Part shown: positions 46,688 to 56,604 of the stretch, piece by piece | Layout of the letters: each line of letters opens with the position of its first letter | Position numbering within the stretch: the first letter of the stretch is position 1 | DNA from: Gemmatimonadales bacterium | Lineage (GTDB): Bacteria; Gemmatimonadota; Gemmatimonadetes; Gemmatimonadales; GWC2-71-9 | Direction of reading: 5' to 3' | Assembly: GCA_035703525.1 (NCBI GenBank) | Contig: DASSYA010000026.1 | Coordinates: 9,866 to 73,865, forward strand | DNA length: 64,000 bases | Program-made: the position numbers and the translations under genes | Notes under the pieces: generated by a model | Seen by the model: only the letters and a program-made list of their open reading frames with translations | Database searches by the model: none | What the model was told of the DNA's origin: nothing

Positions 46688-46699
46688 CTAGCTTGAGAG

Positions 46700-47986
46700 A
46701 TGCGCTACACCACCTGGTCCCGGTACGTCGCCGGCCTCGCCGATCAGCTCAATCTGCAATCGCTGCTCGACCAGCTCGGGGACTTTCTCCTCCAGTCGGG
46801 CTTCACCGACATGCCCGCATGGTGGGGTGGCGAGCCCGGGGATCCCAATGAGGGGCGCTCGCTCGAGGACCTGCGGGGCGCGATCCTCAACGCCCTGATC
46901 GAGTCCGGACAACTCACGCCCGAGATGCTCCGCTTCCTCCGGAACGGCACGACCGGCGACCTCGATCGCGATGAGTCACTCAAGCAGGAGATCGCCCAGC
47001 TCCTCGACCAGATCGTGGCACGCCTGATGGAGGAGGGCTATCTCGACCTGAAAGGACCCGGCGGCCAGAGCATCCCCGCCGACCAGCTCCCGGGCGGCAG
47101 GGAACGCGCCGCGGCCCAGACGGTCCACTTCGATCTCCGCGAGAAGGGCGCCGACTTCCTCGGCTACAAGACTCTCCGCGATCTGCTGGGAGCGATCGGC
47201 AAGTCAGGGCTCGGCGCGCACGAGACTCCCCACCTCGCCAGCAGCATCGAGAGCGACGGCGGCTCGCGCCCCTGGGAGTTCGGTGATGTGCCCAACCTCG
47301 ATGTCCCGGCCACGCTCCTCAACGCCATCGGCAAGCACGGTATCGGCACGCCGATCCCGCTCGACTATGCCGACCTGATGATCACCCAGAGCGAGTATCG
47401 CTCCTCGGCCGCCACGGTGATCATGCTCGACTGCTCGCACTCGATGATCCTCTACGGCGAGGACCGCTTCACGCCAGCCAAGAAGGTGGCACTCGCCCTC
47501 ACCCACCTGATCCGCACACAATTTCCCGGCGACACGGTACGCGTGGTGCTCTTTCATGACGGCGCCGAGGAGGTGCCGCTCGGGGCGCTCGGCAATGTGC
47601 AGGTCGGGCCGTATCACACCAATACGGCGGGGGGCATCGCGCTCGCGCGTCGGATCCTCGCCGGCGAGCGGAAGGAGATGAAGCAGATCATCATGATCAC
47701 CGACGGCAAGCCGACGGCGCTGACACTCCCCGATGGCCAGGTCTACATCAACTCGGGTGGATTCGACCGGCGTATTCTCCGGGAAACTCTTGCCGAGGTC
47801 GGGGCGTGTCGGCGGAGCAACATCGTGATCAACACCTTCATGCTGGCCCGCGAGCGGATGCTGGTCGAATTCGTGATGGAAGTCGCGCGTATCTGCCGCG
47901 GCAAGGCGTACTTCGCCACCCCGATGTCACTCGGCCAATTCATCCTGATGGACTTCCTGAAGGGCAAGACGCGACGGGTGGGGTGA
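46700..47986 (+). CDS. VWA-domain protein (CoxE-like; usual partner of ChlI/MoxR-type ATPases)
   Basis: [10 protein letters not shown] (MIDAS DxSxS) ...[11 protein letters not shown]. Confidence 0.8.
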   Translation: MRYTTWSRYVAGLADQLNLQSLLDQLGDFLLQSGFTDMPAWWGGEPGDPNEGRSLEDLRGAILNALIESGQLTPEMLRFLRNGTTGDLDRDESLKQEIAQLLDQIVARLMEEGYLDLKGPGGQSIPADQLPGGRERAAAQTVHFDLREKGADFLGYKTLRDLLGAIGKSGLGAHETPHLASSIESDGGSRPWEFGDVPNLDVPATLLNAIGKHGIGTPIPLDYADLMITQSEYRSSAATVIMLDCSHSMILYGEDRFTPAKKVALALTHLIRTQFPGDTVRVVLFHDGAEEVPLGALGNVQVGPYHTNTAGGIALARRILAGERKEMKQIIMITDGKPTALTLPDGQVYINSGGFDRRILRETLAEVGACRRSNIVINTFMLARERMLVEFVMEVARICRGKAYFATPMSLGQFILMDFLKGKTRRVG

Positions 47987-48030
47987 GGGCAGATCGCGAG
48001 CACGACCTGACGGTCGCGCCTAAGAACCGA

Positions 48031-48091
48031 CGCTTCTCACTTCTCACTTCTCACTTCTCACTTCTCGCTTCTCGCTTCTCGCTTCTCGCCC
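48031..48091. repeat. Heptanucleotide array C: about 8.5 x CTCACTT/CTCGCTT, same orientation as array B
   Basis: Direct reading. Overlaps the 3' end and stop codon of the L,D-transpeptidase gene. Confidence 0.95.
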
Positions 48092-49740
48092 AACGCCTTC
48101 ACCAGCCGCGCGTCGAGCCCGTACGGGTCATCCGCGAAGCGCACCGTGCCGTCACCGTCCACGGTCGCGGTCACATACCAGAGCACGACCGGCACCTTCC
48201 GCTTGAGTCCGGCCGTCGTCGGCTTGTCACCCATCATCGCGTCCTGGATCTTCTCGGGTGTCCACTTCGGCTGGTCATCGAGCAGCCATGCCGCCAGCCG
48301 TGCCGGCTCGTCGACCCGGACGCAACCGTGCGAGAAGGCCCGTCGATCACGCCCGAAGAGTGATCTGGCCGGTGAATCGTGCAGGTAGATGTCGTCCTTG
48401 TTCGGGAACAGGAACTTGACCCGGCCGAGCGAGTTGAGCGGACCCGGTCGCTGGCGCAGGAAGAGCGTCCCGGCCCGCACCGCCTCGAGCCGCTCTGGCG
48501 TCGGCGGCAGGGGCGTGGCACTGTCGGAGTGACTCGGGACGATCTCGTACTGGTTGACGGCCAGATACGTCGAGTCGACCAACGCCGTGTCGACCAGCTC
48601 ACGCGCCGCCAGCGTGGCCGGGATCTGCCAGTACGGCCGGAACACCAGGTACGAGATCGAGTCGGCGAAGATCGGGGTCGCGTGTTCCCCTTGCTGGCCG
48701 ATCACCACCCGCATCCCGAAGGTGGGCTCCGCATGGGCGTGCTCGTAGGCGGCCAGTTCGTAGAACGGCAGGTTCACCACCACCGCCCGGGAATCGCCCA
48801 TCTCGGGGAACCAGCGCAGCCGCTCCATCGCGAGCTCCAGCTGGCGGACCCGCACCGCCATGCCCACGTTCAGGGCCGCGATTGTCCCCCCCCCAAGGAT
48901 CCCGTCGGCGTTGAGACCGTGCCGCGCCTGGAACCGCCGCACCGCGGCCACGGTCAGGGAGTCGTACGACCCGAGCGAGTCCGTGCCTCCTCCGAGATCC
49001 CCGAACGTGCGGAGTCGGTGGCGCAGCGCGGTCAACCCGGGCCAGGTGGAGTCGCCCGGGGTGACCTTGCCCGACCGTCCCGCAGCAGGCACGACCGGGA
49101 GGCTGCCCGTGTCGGCCATCCCCCGGTACCGGGCCAGCGCCGTCACCAGCAGGCGATACTCCGGGTAGTCGGGCACCACCGAGGCAATGACCCCACCGAA
49201 ACCGCCGGCCGCGCGTGCGCTGTCGACCAGCGCGGCATAGTCGCGTGCGCGACGCGGCGCATCGAATCGGTAGTCCTGGCTCCGGGGGTCGACCCGACCC
49301 GCGCCGAGCGCGCGCAGGAATCGGAGGGCACTGCGCGAGGCCCCGACATCAAGCGTGGCGAATGCCACCGGCGTCTGCACACTGTCCAGTGCTCGACGCT
49401 GGGCCGTCAGCGACTCGGCGTCATAGTCGGCGGGGTCGAGGCCATGCTGTCCGGCATCGCGCAGCGCGGCCAGCAGCGAGTCGAGCACCGGACGGGGGGT
49501 GGTGGTGTTGAACCAGACCAACTGGTCGGTTTCATGGGCGTAGAGGGTCCGCATCTCCCGGGCTTCCGGCCGTGCGGTCGTATCGGTCGGGACGAGGGCG
49601 GCCACCGCGGCATCCACGGCCTGCCTCACCTCGATCGAGGCCGGTTTCTCGGGGGCCTCGAGTGCCGCACGCGCGGCACGGGCGCTCTCCCCCCCCTTCG
49701 AGCAGCCGAGGAGACAGGCCACGAGGACGGCACGACGCAT
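48058..49740 (-). CDS. L,D-transpeptidase (YcbB-like: PG-binding domain plus YkuD domain)
   Basis: AVRRFQARHGLNADGILG (PG_binding_1) and IYLHDSP...SHGCVRV (YkuD catalytic motif). The tail EKREARSEK and the stop are encoded by array C. Confidence 0.85.
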   Translation of the reverse strand: MRRAVLVACLLGCSKGGESARAARAALEAPEKPASIEVRQAVDAAVAALVPTDTTARPEAREMRTLYAHETDQLVWFNTTTPRPVLDSLLAALRDAGQHGLDPADYDAESLTAQRRALDSVQTPVAFATLDVGASRSALRFLRALGAGRVDPRSQDYRFDAPRRARDYAALVDSARAAGGFGGVIASVVPDYPEYRLLVTALARYRGMADTGSLPVVPAAGRSGKVTPGDSTWPGLTALRHRLRTFGDLGGGTDSLGSYDSLTVAAVRRFQARHGLNADGILGGGTIAALNVGMAVRVRQLELAMERLRWFPEMGDSRAVVVNLPFYELAAYEHAHAEPTFGMRVVIGQQGEHATPIFADSISYLVFRPYWQIPATLAARELVDTALVDSTYLAVNQYEIVPSHSDSATPLPPTPERLEAVRAGTLFLRQRPGPLNSLGRVKFLFPNKDDIYLHDSPARSLFGRDRRAFSHGCVRVDEPARLAAWLLDDQPKWTPEKIQDAMMGDKPTTAGLKRKVPVVLWYVTATVDGDGTVRFADDPYGLDARLVKALGEKREARSEK

Positions 49741-51167
49741 CAGCGGAACCGGATGGTCTTGATCGTGCGCCCACGCGGGATCATGGTGCCCTGCTCGACA
49801 CTGTTGAGCAGCGCCAGCTCGGTGGCCGTGGTGGCACCGCCGCTCTCGTTCGCCAGTCGGTCCACGGTCATGGCCTGCGGCAGCGTGAGGACGTGGATCT
49901 CCCGCACGCGTCGAAAGACCTGGGTGGCGGCCGTCGGACCGAAGGATCCCAGTACCCGGACGATCGTGCCCCCATGCGTCGCGGCGCCGGCCGCCGTCGT
50001 CAGTCCCAGCAGGCGGTAGACACTGCCACGATACTCGATGAAGGTCGCCTGGCCCCGAAGCTGCTGTTGCTGCTGGGTCGTCGCCGCGAAGGCCACGGTC
50101 GCCGCCGGGAGACCGTTCACCGGGCTCGTGTTGCTGCCCTGCACCTGGAGACCGGCCTGTCGCGCGAAGCTGTCGGCCGCCTGCCGCGCCGTCGCGAACG
50201 CGACCTGGGACACCTCCACCTGCGCCTGGCCATTGGGCTCGACCACCACCACGCGACTCGCCTGGTTGACCCCGTGCCAGCCCTCCGGAAGCATGAACCG
50301 GAATCGCAGCTCGGGATGCAGGAACCAGCCAGTGTCGAAGTAGCCCTGCCTCGGGTCGGCCCCGAAGACGAGACCCTCCAGGTGCCCGAGGTAACGATCA
50401 CGATCGACCTCCAGCCCGGCGTAGCTGGAGATGGTGTCGGCCCAGCGCGTCGTGGCCGCCACCCGATCGCCCGGATCGGGATGGGTCGAGAGGAATCCCG
50501 GCACCCGATCGCTCGAGCCGCCCTGCTCGCTCAGGTGCTGCAGGGTGAGGAACGTCTTCGGCATCTCGCGCACGTCATAGTGCTGCATGAGCGCGTAGCG
50601 GTGACCCAGCTCGTCAGCCTGCCGCTCGTCATCACGGCCGAACTTGAGGAAGAGGAGTCCCCCCCCCACTTGGACCGCCTCGCCGATGCCGCTGTTGGCG
50701 ATATCCGGGGCCGCGATCGCGCCGGCCACCAACCCCACGTTGAACAGCTGCTGCTTCGAGAGCTGGGAGACCGAGTGCTTGGCGGTCACGTGCCCGATCT
50801 CGTGCCCGAGCACCCCCGCGAGCTCCGCCTCGGAGTTGAGGTAGGCCATGATCCCGCGGGTGATGAAGATGAACCCGCCGGGTGCCGCGAAGGCGTTCAC
50901 CGCCGGGTCGTCGACCACATGGAACTCCCATGGCAGTTCGGGCCGCTCGGACGCCGCCGCCATCCGCTGGCCGATTCCGCTCACATAGCGGTTGAGTGCC
51001 GCATCGGGATAGAACCCGGTCTCCTGCCGAGTGCCCGCCAGGAGCGACTGCCCCATGGCGATTTCCTGGGACTCGCTCACCAGCGACAGCTCGCGCCGGC
51101 CCGTGACCGGGTTGGTGGCACATGACAGGGTCCCTGCCAGCAGACTGGCAATCATCAGGTATCGCAT
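49740..51167 (-). CDS. M48-family zinc metalloprotease (secreted or lipoprotein)
   Basis: NAFAAPGGFIFITRG...VLGHEIGHV and ...DDERQADELG. Confidence 0.85.
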   Translation of the reverse strand: MRYLMIASLLAGTLSCATNPVTGRRELSLVSESQEIAMGQSLLAGTRQETGFYPDAALNRYVSGIGQRMAAASERPELPWEFHVVDDPAVNAFAAPGGFIFITRGIMAYLNSEAELAGVLGHEIGHVTAKHSVSQLSKQQLFNVGLVAGAIAAPDIANSGIGEAVQVGGGLLFLKFGRDDERQADELGHRYALMQHYDVREMPKTFLTLQHLSEQGGSSDRVPGFLSTHPDPGDRVAATTRWADTISSYAGLEVDRDRYLGHLEGLVFGADPRQGYFDTGWFLHPELRFRFMLPEGWHGVNQASRVVVVEPNGQAQVEVSQVAFATARQAADSFARQAGLQVQGSNTSPVNGLPAATVAFAATTQQQQQLRGQATFIEYRGSVYRLLGLTTAAGAATHGGTIVRVLGSFGPTAATQVFRRVREIHVLTLPQAMTVDRLANESGGATTATELALLNSVEQGTMIPRGRTIKTIRFR

Positions 51168-51202
51168 TGGCCTCTCCTTGAGTCACGTCTATCATACCGC
51201 GC

Positions 51203-52522
51203 GTGAGCAACCTGCCGCTACCGCCCGAGGGGAACGCCTTCCCTCCCCACCACCGGACCGCCTGGACCGGCTGGACACCTGTGCATGGCGTCCCCTTTGC
51301 CGCTGCCCTCTCGAACGCCGACCCGCGGGTCGCCTTTGTCCTCCAGCTCGGTCGGGCCCTCCACACCTCCGGCTATTCGGCGCCCCGACTGGAAGAGGCA
51401 CTGATCCTGACCAGCGATCGGCTCGGGATCATCGGCCAGTTCTTCTCGACCCCGACCTCGATCATGGCCTCGTTCGGTCCCCAGGACGACCAGCGCACCT
51501 TCATGATCCGGGTCGAACCCGGCGACTCCGACCTCGGCAAGCTGGCCCAGGTCGACAGCATCGTCCGGAACGTCCTGAGCGGCCAGATGACACCCGCCGA
51601 AGGGAGTGCTGCCATCGATCGGCTGGACCGCGCCCCGCCACTCTACGGACAGGTCCTCACGACGCTTGCTTTCGGGCTCGCCTCGGGGAGTGCGGCCCGA
51701 TTCCTGGGCGGCGGGACATGGGAGATGGGTGTCGGCCTCGTGATCGGTCTCATCACCGGCCTGCTTGCCCTCCGCGCAAGCGCCCATCCGGCGCTCGGCC
51801 GGATCTTCGAACCGGTCGCCGCCTTCAACGCCTCGGCGATCGCCGCCCTGCTCGCCGTGGCGGGAGTCCCCGTCTCCGTCTTTCTCGCCACGCTCGCCGG
51901 TGTGATCATCCTGATCCCCGGCCTCACCATCACCACGGCGATCACCGAGCTGTCCACCCGCCATCTCGCGTCCGGGACCGCACGCCTGATGGGCGCGTTC
52001 GTGCTCCTGATGGGCATCGTCTTCGGGATCGCGTTCGGCACCAAGTTCGTGACGCTCACCTTCGGTGCCATCCCCGAGATCGCGCCGACCGCCCTGCCGG
52101 ATTGGACGCTTGTGGCATCCCTCATCCTCACACCGCTCGCATTCGTGGTGCTGCTCAAGGCCGAATGGCGTGATGCGCCCTGGATCGTGCTGGCCGGCAG
52201 TGTCGCGTTCGTCGGCGCCCGGCTCGGGGCCGACCTCCTGGGCCCGGAGCTCGGCGCGTTCGGGGGCGCGCTGCTCACCGGCATGGGAAGTCAGTGGTAT
52301 GCCCGGTTCACCAACCGCCCTTCGCAGATCACCCTGGTGCCGGGGCTGCTGCTGCTGGTCCCGGGCAGTATCGGACTCCGCTCGCTCACCAGCATGCTCA
52401 ATACCGACGGTGTGCTGCCAGGCATCGAGGGCGTGTTCCGGATGGCGCTCATCGCGGTTTCGCTCGCGGCGGGCATCCTCATCGCGCGCGTCGTCGCGCC
52501 GCAGCGACCGCTGCTGGAATAG
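51203..52522 (+). CDS. Threonine/serine exporter (ThrE) family protein
   Basis: ALHTSGYSAPRLEEAL......G...FSTPTSI, followed by about 10 TM segments. Confidence 0.8.
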   Translation: MSNLPLPPEGNAFPPHHRTAWTGWTPVHGVPFAAALSNADPRVAFVLQLGRALHTSGYSAPRLEEALILTSDRLGIIGQFFSTPTSIMASFGPQDDQRTFMIRVEPGDSDLGKLAQVDSIVRNVLSGQMTPAEGSAAIDRLDRAPPLYGQVLTTLAFGLASGSAARFLGGGTWEMGVGLVIGLITGLLALRASAHPALGRIFEPVAAFNASAIAALLAVAGVPVSVFLATLAGVIILIPGLTITTAITELSTRHLASGTARLMGAFVLLMGIVFGIAFGTKFVTLTFGAIPEIAPTALPDWTLVASLILTPLAFVVLLKAEWRDAPWIVLAGSVAFVGARLGADLLGPELGAFGGALLTGMGSQWYARFTNRPSQITLVPGLLLLVPGSIGLRSLTSMLNTDGVLPGIEGVFRMALIAVSLAAGILIARVVAPQRPLLE

Positions 52523-52575
52523 GAAAAGCGAGAAAGCGAGAAGGCCTGTACGGGCGCAACATGTTGCGTCCGTAC
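52523..52575. terminator. Short GAGAAAGCGAGAAGG remnant of the heptad motif plus a 13-bp hairpin (GTACGGGCGCAAC/GTTGCGTCCGTAC)
   Basis: Read directly between convergent thrE and the TIM-barrel gene. The outer GCGAGAAAGCG pairs with CGCTTTCTCGC at about 52592-52602. Confidence 0.6.
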
Positions 52576-52604
52576 CCGGCCGCGCGCGGAGCCGCTTTCT
52601 CGCG

Positions 52605-53600
52605 TTACGAAGGATCCACCCCTCGGTACGCCGCGATCACCGCGCGCTCGCCCTCCGCGCCCTTGATCGCATTGCCGTGCTCCATGCCGATGATCCCGGT
52701 GTAACCCTTCTGGTGCAGGTGCGCGAACACATTGGCAAAGTTGATCTCACCGGTCCCGGGTTCCTGCCGACCGGGATTGTCACCGACCTGCACGTAGGCG
52801 ATCTCCGACCAGGCCGCGTCGAAGTTCGGGATCAGGTTCCCCTCGGTGATCTGCTGGTGATAGATGTCGAAGAGAATCTTGCAGGACGGAGAATTCACCG
52901 CCCGGCAGATCTGGTAGGCCTGCGGGATCCGCTTGAGGAAGAGACCCGGGTGGTCACGCCGATTGAGCGGCTCGAGGACCATCACCAACCCGTGGGGTTC
53001 GAGCAGGGCCGATGCCGCACGGAGGATCTCCACGGCCCGCGCGGTCTGGTATTCCGGCTCGAGGCGCGGTGCCTCGGTGCCCAACACCACCGTCATCCAG
53101 GTCGCCCCGACCCGCCTGGCCACCTCGATCGAGGCACGCGTGTCGGCCAGGAATGATTCCCGGAACTCGTCCTTCCCTTCGGCGAACGTCGTGGTCCACG
53201 CCGTCTCGGGGTTGAGGACGAACACGCCCATCCGCATGCCGAGTCGCGACATGGTGGCCGCGATCCGCTCCTGATCGGCGACGCTCCGGCCGCGCATGCC
53301 GTTGTCTTCCATCGACCGGAATCCCTGGTCGTGCATGAACTCCAGTTGGGCCACCAGATCATCGCCGGCGGCATTCCGGAACATCCCGAAATGGGGAGCG
53401 TAATCCAGGGTGAAGGCCTGTGACGATGCATGCGCTCCCCATCCCGACCCGCCGCGAAGCGGCGTGGGAGGGATCTGGTGCCCACGAGGAGTCTCGCCGC
53501 TCACCGGAGGAGCCACGCCGACTCCGGCCGCCGCCACTCCCCCCCCCACAGCTGTCACGAAGTCCCGCCGCCGCACCCTACCAGCCCTCGATGAAGCCAC
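52605..53600 (-). CDS. Tat-exported xylose-isomerase-like TIM-barrel protein (hydroxypyruvate isomerase / sugar phosphate isomerase family)
   Basis: Twin-arginine signal RVRRRDFVTAVGGGVAAAG, then a TIM-barrel body (...GIIGMEHG...). Confidence 0.8.
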   Translation of the reverse strand: MASSRAGRVRRRDFVTAVGGGVAAAGVGVAPPVSGETPRGHQIPPTPLRGGSGWGAHASSQAFTLDYAPHFGMFRNAAGDDLVAQLEFMHDQGFRSMEDNGMRGRSVADQERIAATMSRLGMRMGVFVLNPETAWTTTFAEGKDEFRESFLADTRASIEVARRVGATWMTVVLGTEAPRLEPEYQTARAVEILRAASALLEPHGLVMVLEPLNRRDHPGLFLKRIPQAYQICRAVNSPSCKILFDIYHQQITEGNLIPNFDAAWSEIAYVQVGDNPGRQEPGTGEINFANVFAHLHQKGYTGIIGMEHGNAIKGAEGERAVIAAYRGVDPS

Positions 53601-54870
53601 GATCCAGGCGCGTCTCCCCCGGCGTCGGCACGGGAGGGACCGCCTGCGGGCCGAGCGCGAACGTCTCCGGCAGGATCGCGAGATCGGCGCCGATCAGCTC
53701 GTCCCATGACACCACCTGCCCCGTATAGCATGACTCGCGACCCATGATGGCAGTGAGGGTGCTTTCCGCGATGCGCCGTCCCTCGTTGAGCGGTGTGCCC
53801 GCGCGGATGCTCGCCACCAGATCGCGGTGTTCCTCGACATACGGGTCGATGTCGAGCTTCGCATGCTTCCAGGTGGTGGCACCGCTGATCGTGTCGTAGG
53901 CGTTGCTCGTGCCGCGGGATCCCATGAAATACTCACCGACCCGACTCGCCGTGCCATCCTGTTGCCGGCACATCGACGAGATGCGCTGGCCATCGGGGTA
54001 CTCGAACTCGATGGCGAAGTGATCGAAGATCTGGCCGTAGAGCGGGTCGGTACGCGTCTGGCGACCGCCCATGCCGAGGGCCCGGACCGGATGGGCGCCG
54101 AGGACCCAGTTGGCGACGTCGAGGTTGTGGACGTGCTGTTCGACGATATGATCGCCCGAGGCCCAGGTGTAGTAGAGCCAGTTGCGGAGCTGGAATTCCG
54201 TGTCGCTCCATTCCGGCTTCCGCTGGTGGCTCCACAGGCCGCCCTGGTTCCAGTACACCTGCCCGGCGATGACATCACCGATCGCGCCGTCGTGCAGTCG
54301 GCGGATCGTCTCGATGTAGCGCGGGTCGTGCCGGCGCTGCGTCCCGGCCACGATGGCCAGCCCCTTGGTGGCCGCCTGATCGGCAGCGGCGATCACCTGC
54401 AGCGCGGTCCGGACATCGACGGCGACCGGCTTCTCCATGAAGACATGCTTGCCCGCGGCAATCGAGGCGGTGAGATGCTCGGCCCGGAAGGCCGGTGGAG
54501 TCGCAAGGATGACCAGATCGACATCGGTGGCGAGCACCTTCCGGAAGGCGTCGAATCCGGTGAAACAGTGATCGTCGGTGACCTTGTACTTCGAGGCGAA
54601 GTCCGCGTTCTCGCTGGCGACCTTCGCGAAGTTGGTCCGCGCGGCGGCGAGATGATCCGGGAAGAGATCGCCAATCGCCATGAGTGACACATTCTCGCTG
54701 GCGGTGAGCGCGTTCCGCACCGCGCCAGTGCCGCGGCCACCACAGCCGATCACCCCGATCCGGATCGGGTCCGCATCGGGGCGGCCGATGCCGAAGGCCC
54801 GGCGAGGGAGGGCGGCGGCCGCGAGGGCCGCACCACTGGCGGCGACGAAGTTTCTGCGTGTTGTGCTCAC
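53578..54870 (-). CDS. Tat-exported Gfo/Idh/MocA-family oxidoreductase
   Basis: GTG at 54870 (GAGGA RBS, GTGA overlap) gives VSTTRRNFVAASGAALAAAALP, then IRIGVIGCGGRG, a Rossmann fold. The 619-aa track ORF over-extends. Confidence 0.85.
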   Translation of the reverse strand: MSTTRRNFVAASGAALAAAALPRRAFGIGRPDADPIRIGVIGCGGRGTGAVRNALTASENVSLMAIGDLFPDHLAAARTNFAKVASENADFASKYKVTDDHCFTGFDAFRKVLATDVDLVILATPPAFRAEHLTASIAAGKHVFMEKPVAVDVRTALQVIAAADQAATKGLAIVAGTQRRHDPRYIETIRRLHDGAIGDVIAGQVYWNQGGLWSHQRKPEWSDTEFQLRNWLYYTWASGDHIVEQHVHNLDVANWVLGAHPVRALGMGGRQTRTDPLYGQIFDHFAIEFEYPDGQRISSMCRQQDGTASRVGEYFMGSRGTSNAYDTISGATTWKHAKLDIDPYVEEHRDLVASIRAGTPLNEGRRIAESTLTAIMGRESCYTGQVVSWDELIGADLAILPETFALGPQAVPPVPTPGETRLDRGFIEGW

Positions 54871-55643
54871 GGAATCCTCACAAGTCGAATGCCGGCAAAG
54901 GGACCATCGGAGAGCCACCAGCGGCTCTTGGGAATCTGCGGGTCGGTCTTGTTCCACGACGGTTGCTGCGTCGCACGCGTACGGGCACTCAGGGAGTCGC
55001 GACGGTCGAGAAAGGTGCCGCCGCGGAGCCGGCCTGAACCATCGGAAGCCGTCACCCACTCCCCTGCGTTGCCGAAGAGATCGTACAGCCCGAGGGCGTC
55101 GGGGGCCAGTGTCGCCACCGGATGCGTCGTGCCCTCCGCAATATCGGCCGCCCAGGCCACGGTGTCCGGCACCCTCGTGCGCGGGGCCGCCAGGTCGGCG
55201 GCCCGCTGCCACTGCACCTCGGTCGGCACGGCATAGCGGTGACCCGTCTTCTCGCTCAGCCATGCGGCGAAGTCGACCACGGCCCGATGCGTCAGCGAGA
55301 TCGCCGGGTAGCCCCGGTGGCCATAGCCCCGATCCGGGGCACCGTACGGCTTCGACGGGCGGGTCGTCGCGTCGACGGTCGCGCGATCGGCACGAGGGAC
55401 GTCGAATCGCAGGTAGAAAATGTCGTACAGCTCCCACGGCACCTCGGTGCGGCCGATCCAGAACGCGGGTACCTCGACCGATTTCCCGGTCGCGGGATCG
55501 ATCGTGCGACCGGCCGGGACCTGGACCAGTTCCCAGTGCACGCGCTGTCCCGGTATCGAATCGCTCAGGATGGCACGTGGTGCCTGGGCCGAGAGGGGCA
55601 CGACGAAACCGGCGAGGACGATGGCGAGACAGGATAGGTTCAT
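54867..55643 (-). CDS. Formylglycine-generating-enzyme (FGE/SUMF1) domain protein, secreted
   Basis: Signal peptide, FWIGRTEV....Y, P...V.W..A..F..WLS...G..YR.PTE..W, and LYDL.GN..EW. Confidence 0.8.
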   Translation of the reverse strand: MNLSCLAIVLAGFVVPLSAQAPRAILSDSIPGQRVHWELVQVPAGRTIDPATGKSVEVPAFWIGRTEVPWELYDIFYLRFDVPRADRATVDATTRPSKPYGAPDRGYGHRGYPAISLTHRAVVDFAAWLSEKTGHRYAVPTEVQWQRAADLAAPRTRVPDTVAWAADIAEGTTHPVATLAPDALGLYDLFGNAGEWVTASDGSGRLRGGTFLDRRDSLSARTRATQQPSWNKTDPQIPKSRWWLSDGPFAGIRLVRIP

Positions 55644-55646
55644 GGG

Positions 55647-56603
55647 ATGCACAGGTTGAAGTGGGCGCACGCCGCGCTCGGACTGGCCGGCCTCACAGGG
55701 AACTTGTACCCGTCATGCGCATGGGGACAGGGGGCACCGCCAATCCTTCAGGAATTCCGCGAGGTGCACCTCGGCATGGAATTCCGGATCGTCATCGAGT
55801 CCACCCCTGGCAACGACGCCGGACAGATGGCCAGGCTGGCCTATGACCGGGTTGATTCGCTCGATCTCGTCCTGAGCGACTGGCGGCCGCAGAGCGAGCT
55901 CTCCAGACTCGGCCGAGCGACGCCAGGCGCCTGGCACCCGATCTCGAACGATCTCGCCGCCGTGCTCGCGCTGGCACTCGACGTCGCGGAGCGGACCGAC
56001 GGGCGGTTCGATCCGACGGTCGGCCCACTCACCCAACTCTGGCGACACGAGCGCTCGACCGGACTGGTGCCCAGCGACAGTGTGCGTGACGCGGCCCGTC
56101 GGCGTGTGGGCTGGCACCATCTCCACATCGACGCGGTGCATCACCTCGTCCGGTTCGACATTCCGGGCATGCAGCTCGACCTCGGCGGGATCGCCAAGGG
56201 ATGGATCCTCGACCAGGTGGCCGTCGTCCTGCGCGCCCATGGGGTGAGGCGGTTCCTGATCGAGGCGGGTGGTGACCTGCTCCTGGGTGAGGCCCCCAGT
56301 CAGGCGCCGGGCTGGCGCGTTCGCGTCTTGCGCCAGGCGGGGGACACGGTGCTCACGCTGCACGAGCGTGCGGTCTCGACGTCGGGGCCATCGGCACAGG
56401 CGATCCCGGTGCCCGGCGGAGGGACGGCATCGCACGTCATCGACCTCGCGAATGGTCGTGGCCTCGGCTCCACGCTGCAGGTGAGTGTGATCGGTCCGAT
56501 TGCGGCGATCACCGATGCCATTGCCACCGCGCTCACGCTGGTGGCGCGGAACGAGTGGCCCGACCTGCTCGGCCACTACGGGGTGGAGGTGCTCGCACCC
56601 TGA
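55647..56603 (+). CDS. apbE: FAD:protein FMN transferase (ApbE family)
   Basis: HLGMEFRIVI......S.W...SE...LN...DG.FDPTVGPL...WG...GGIAKG. Confidence 0.8.
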   Translation: MHRLKWAHAALGLAGLTGNLYPSCAWGQGAPPILQEFREVHLGMEFRIVIESTPGNDAGQMARLAYDRVDSLDLVLSDWRPQSELSRLGRATPGAWHPISNDLAAVLALALDVAERTDGRFDPTVGPLTQLWRHERSTGLVPSDSVRDAARRRVGWHHLHIDAVHHLVRFDIPGMQLDLGGIAKGWILDQVAVVLRAHGVRRFLIEAGGDLLLGEAPSQAPGWRVRVLRQAGDTVLTLHERAVSTSGPSAQAIPVPGGGTASHVIDLANGRGLGSTLQVSVIGPIAAITDAIATALTLVARNEWPDLLGHYGVEVLAP

Positions 56604-56604
56604 C

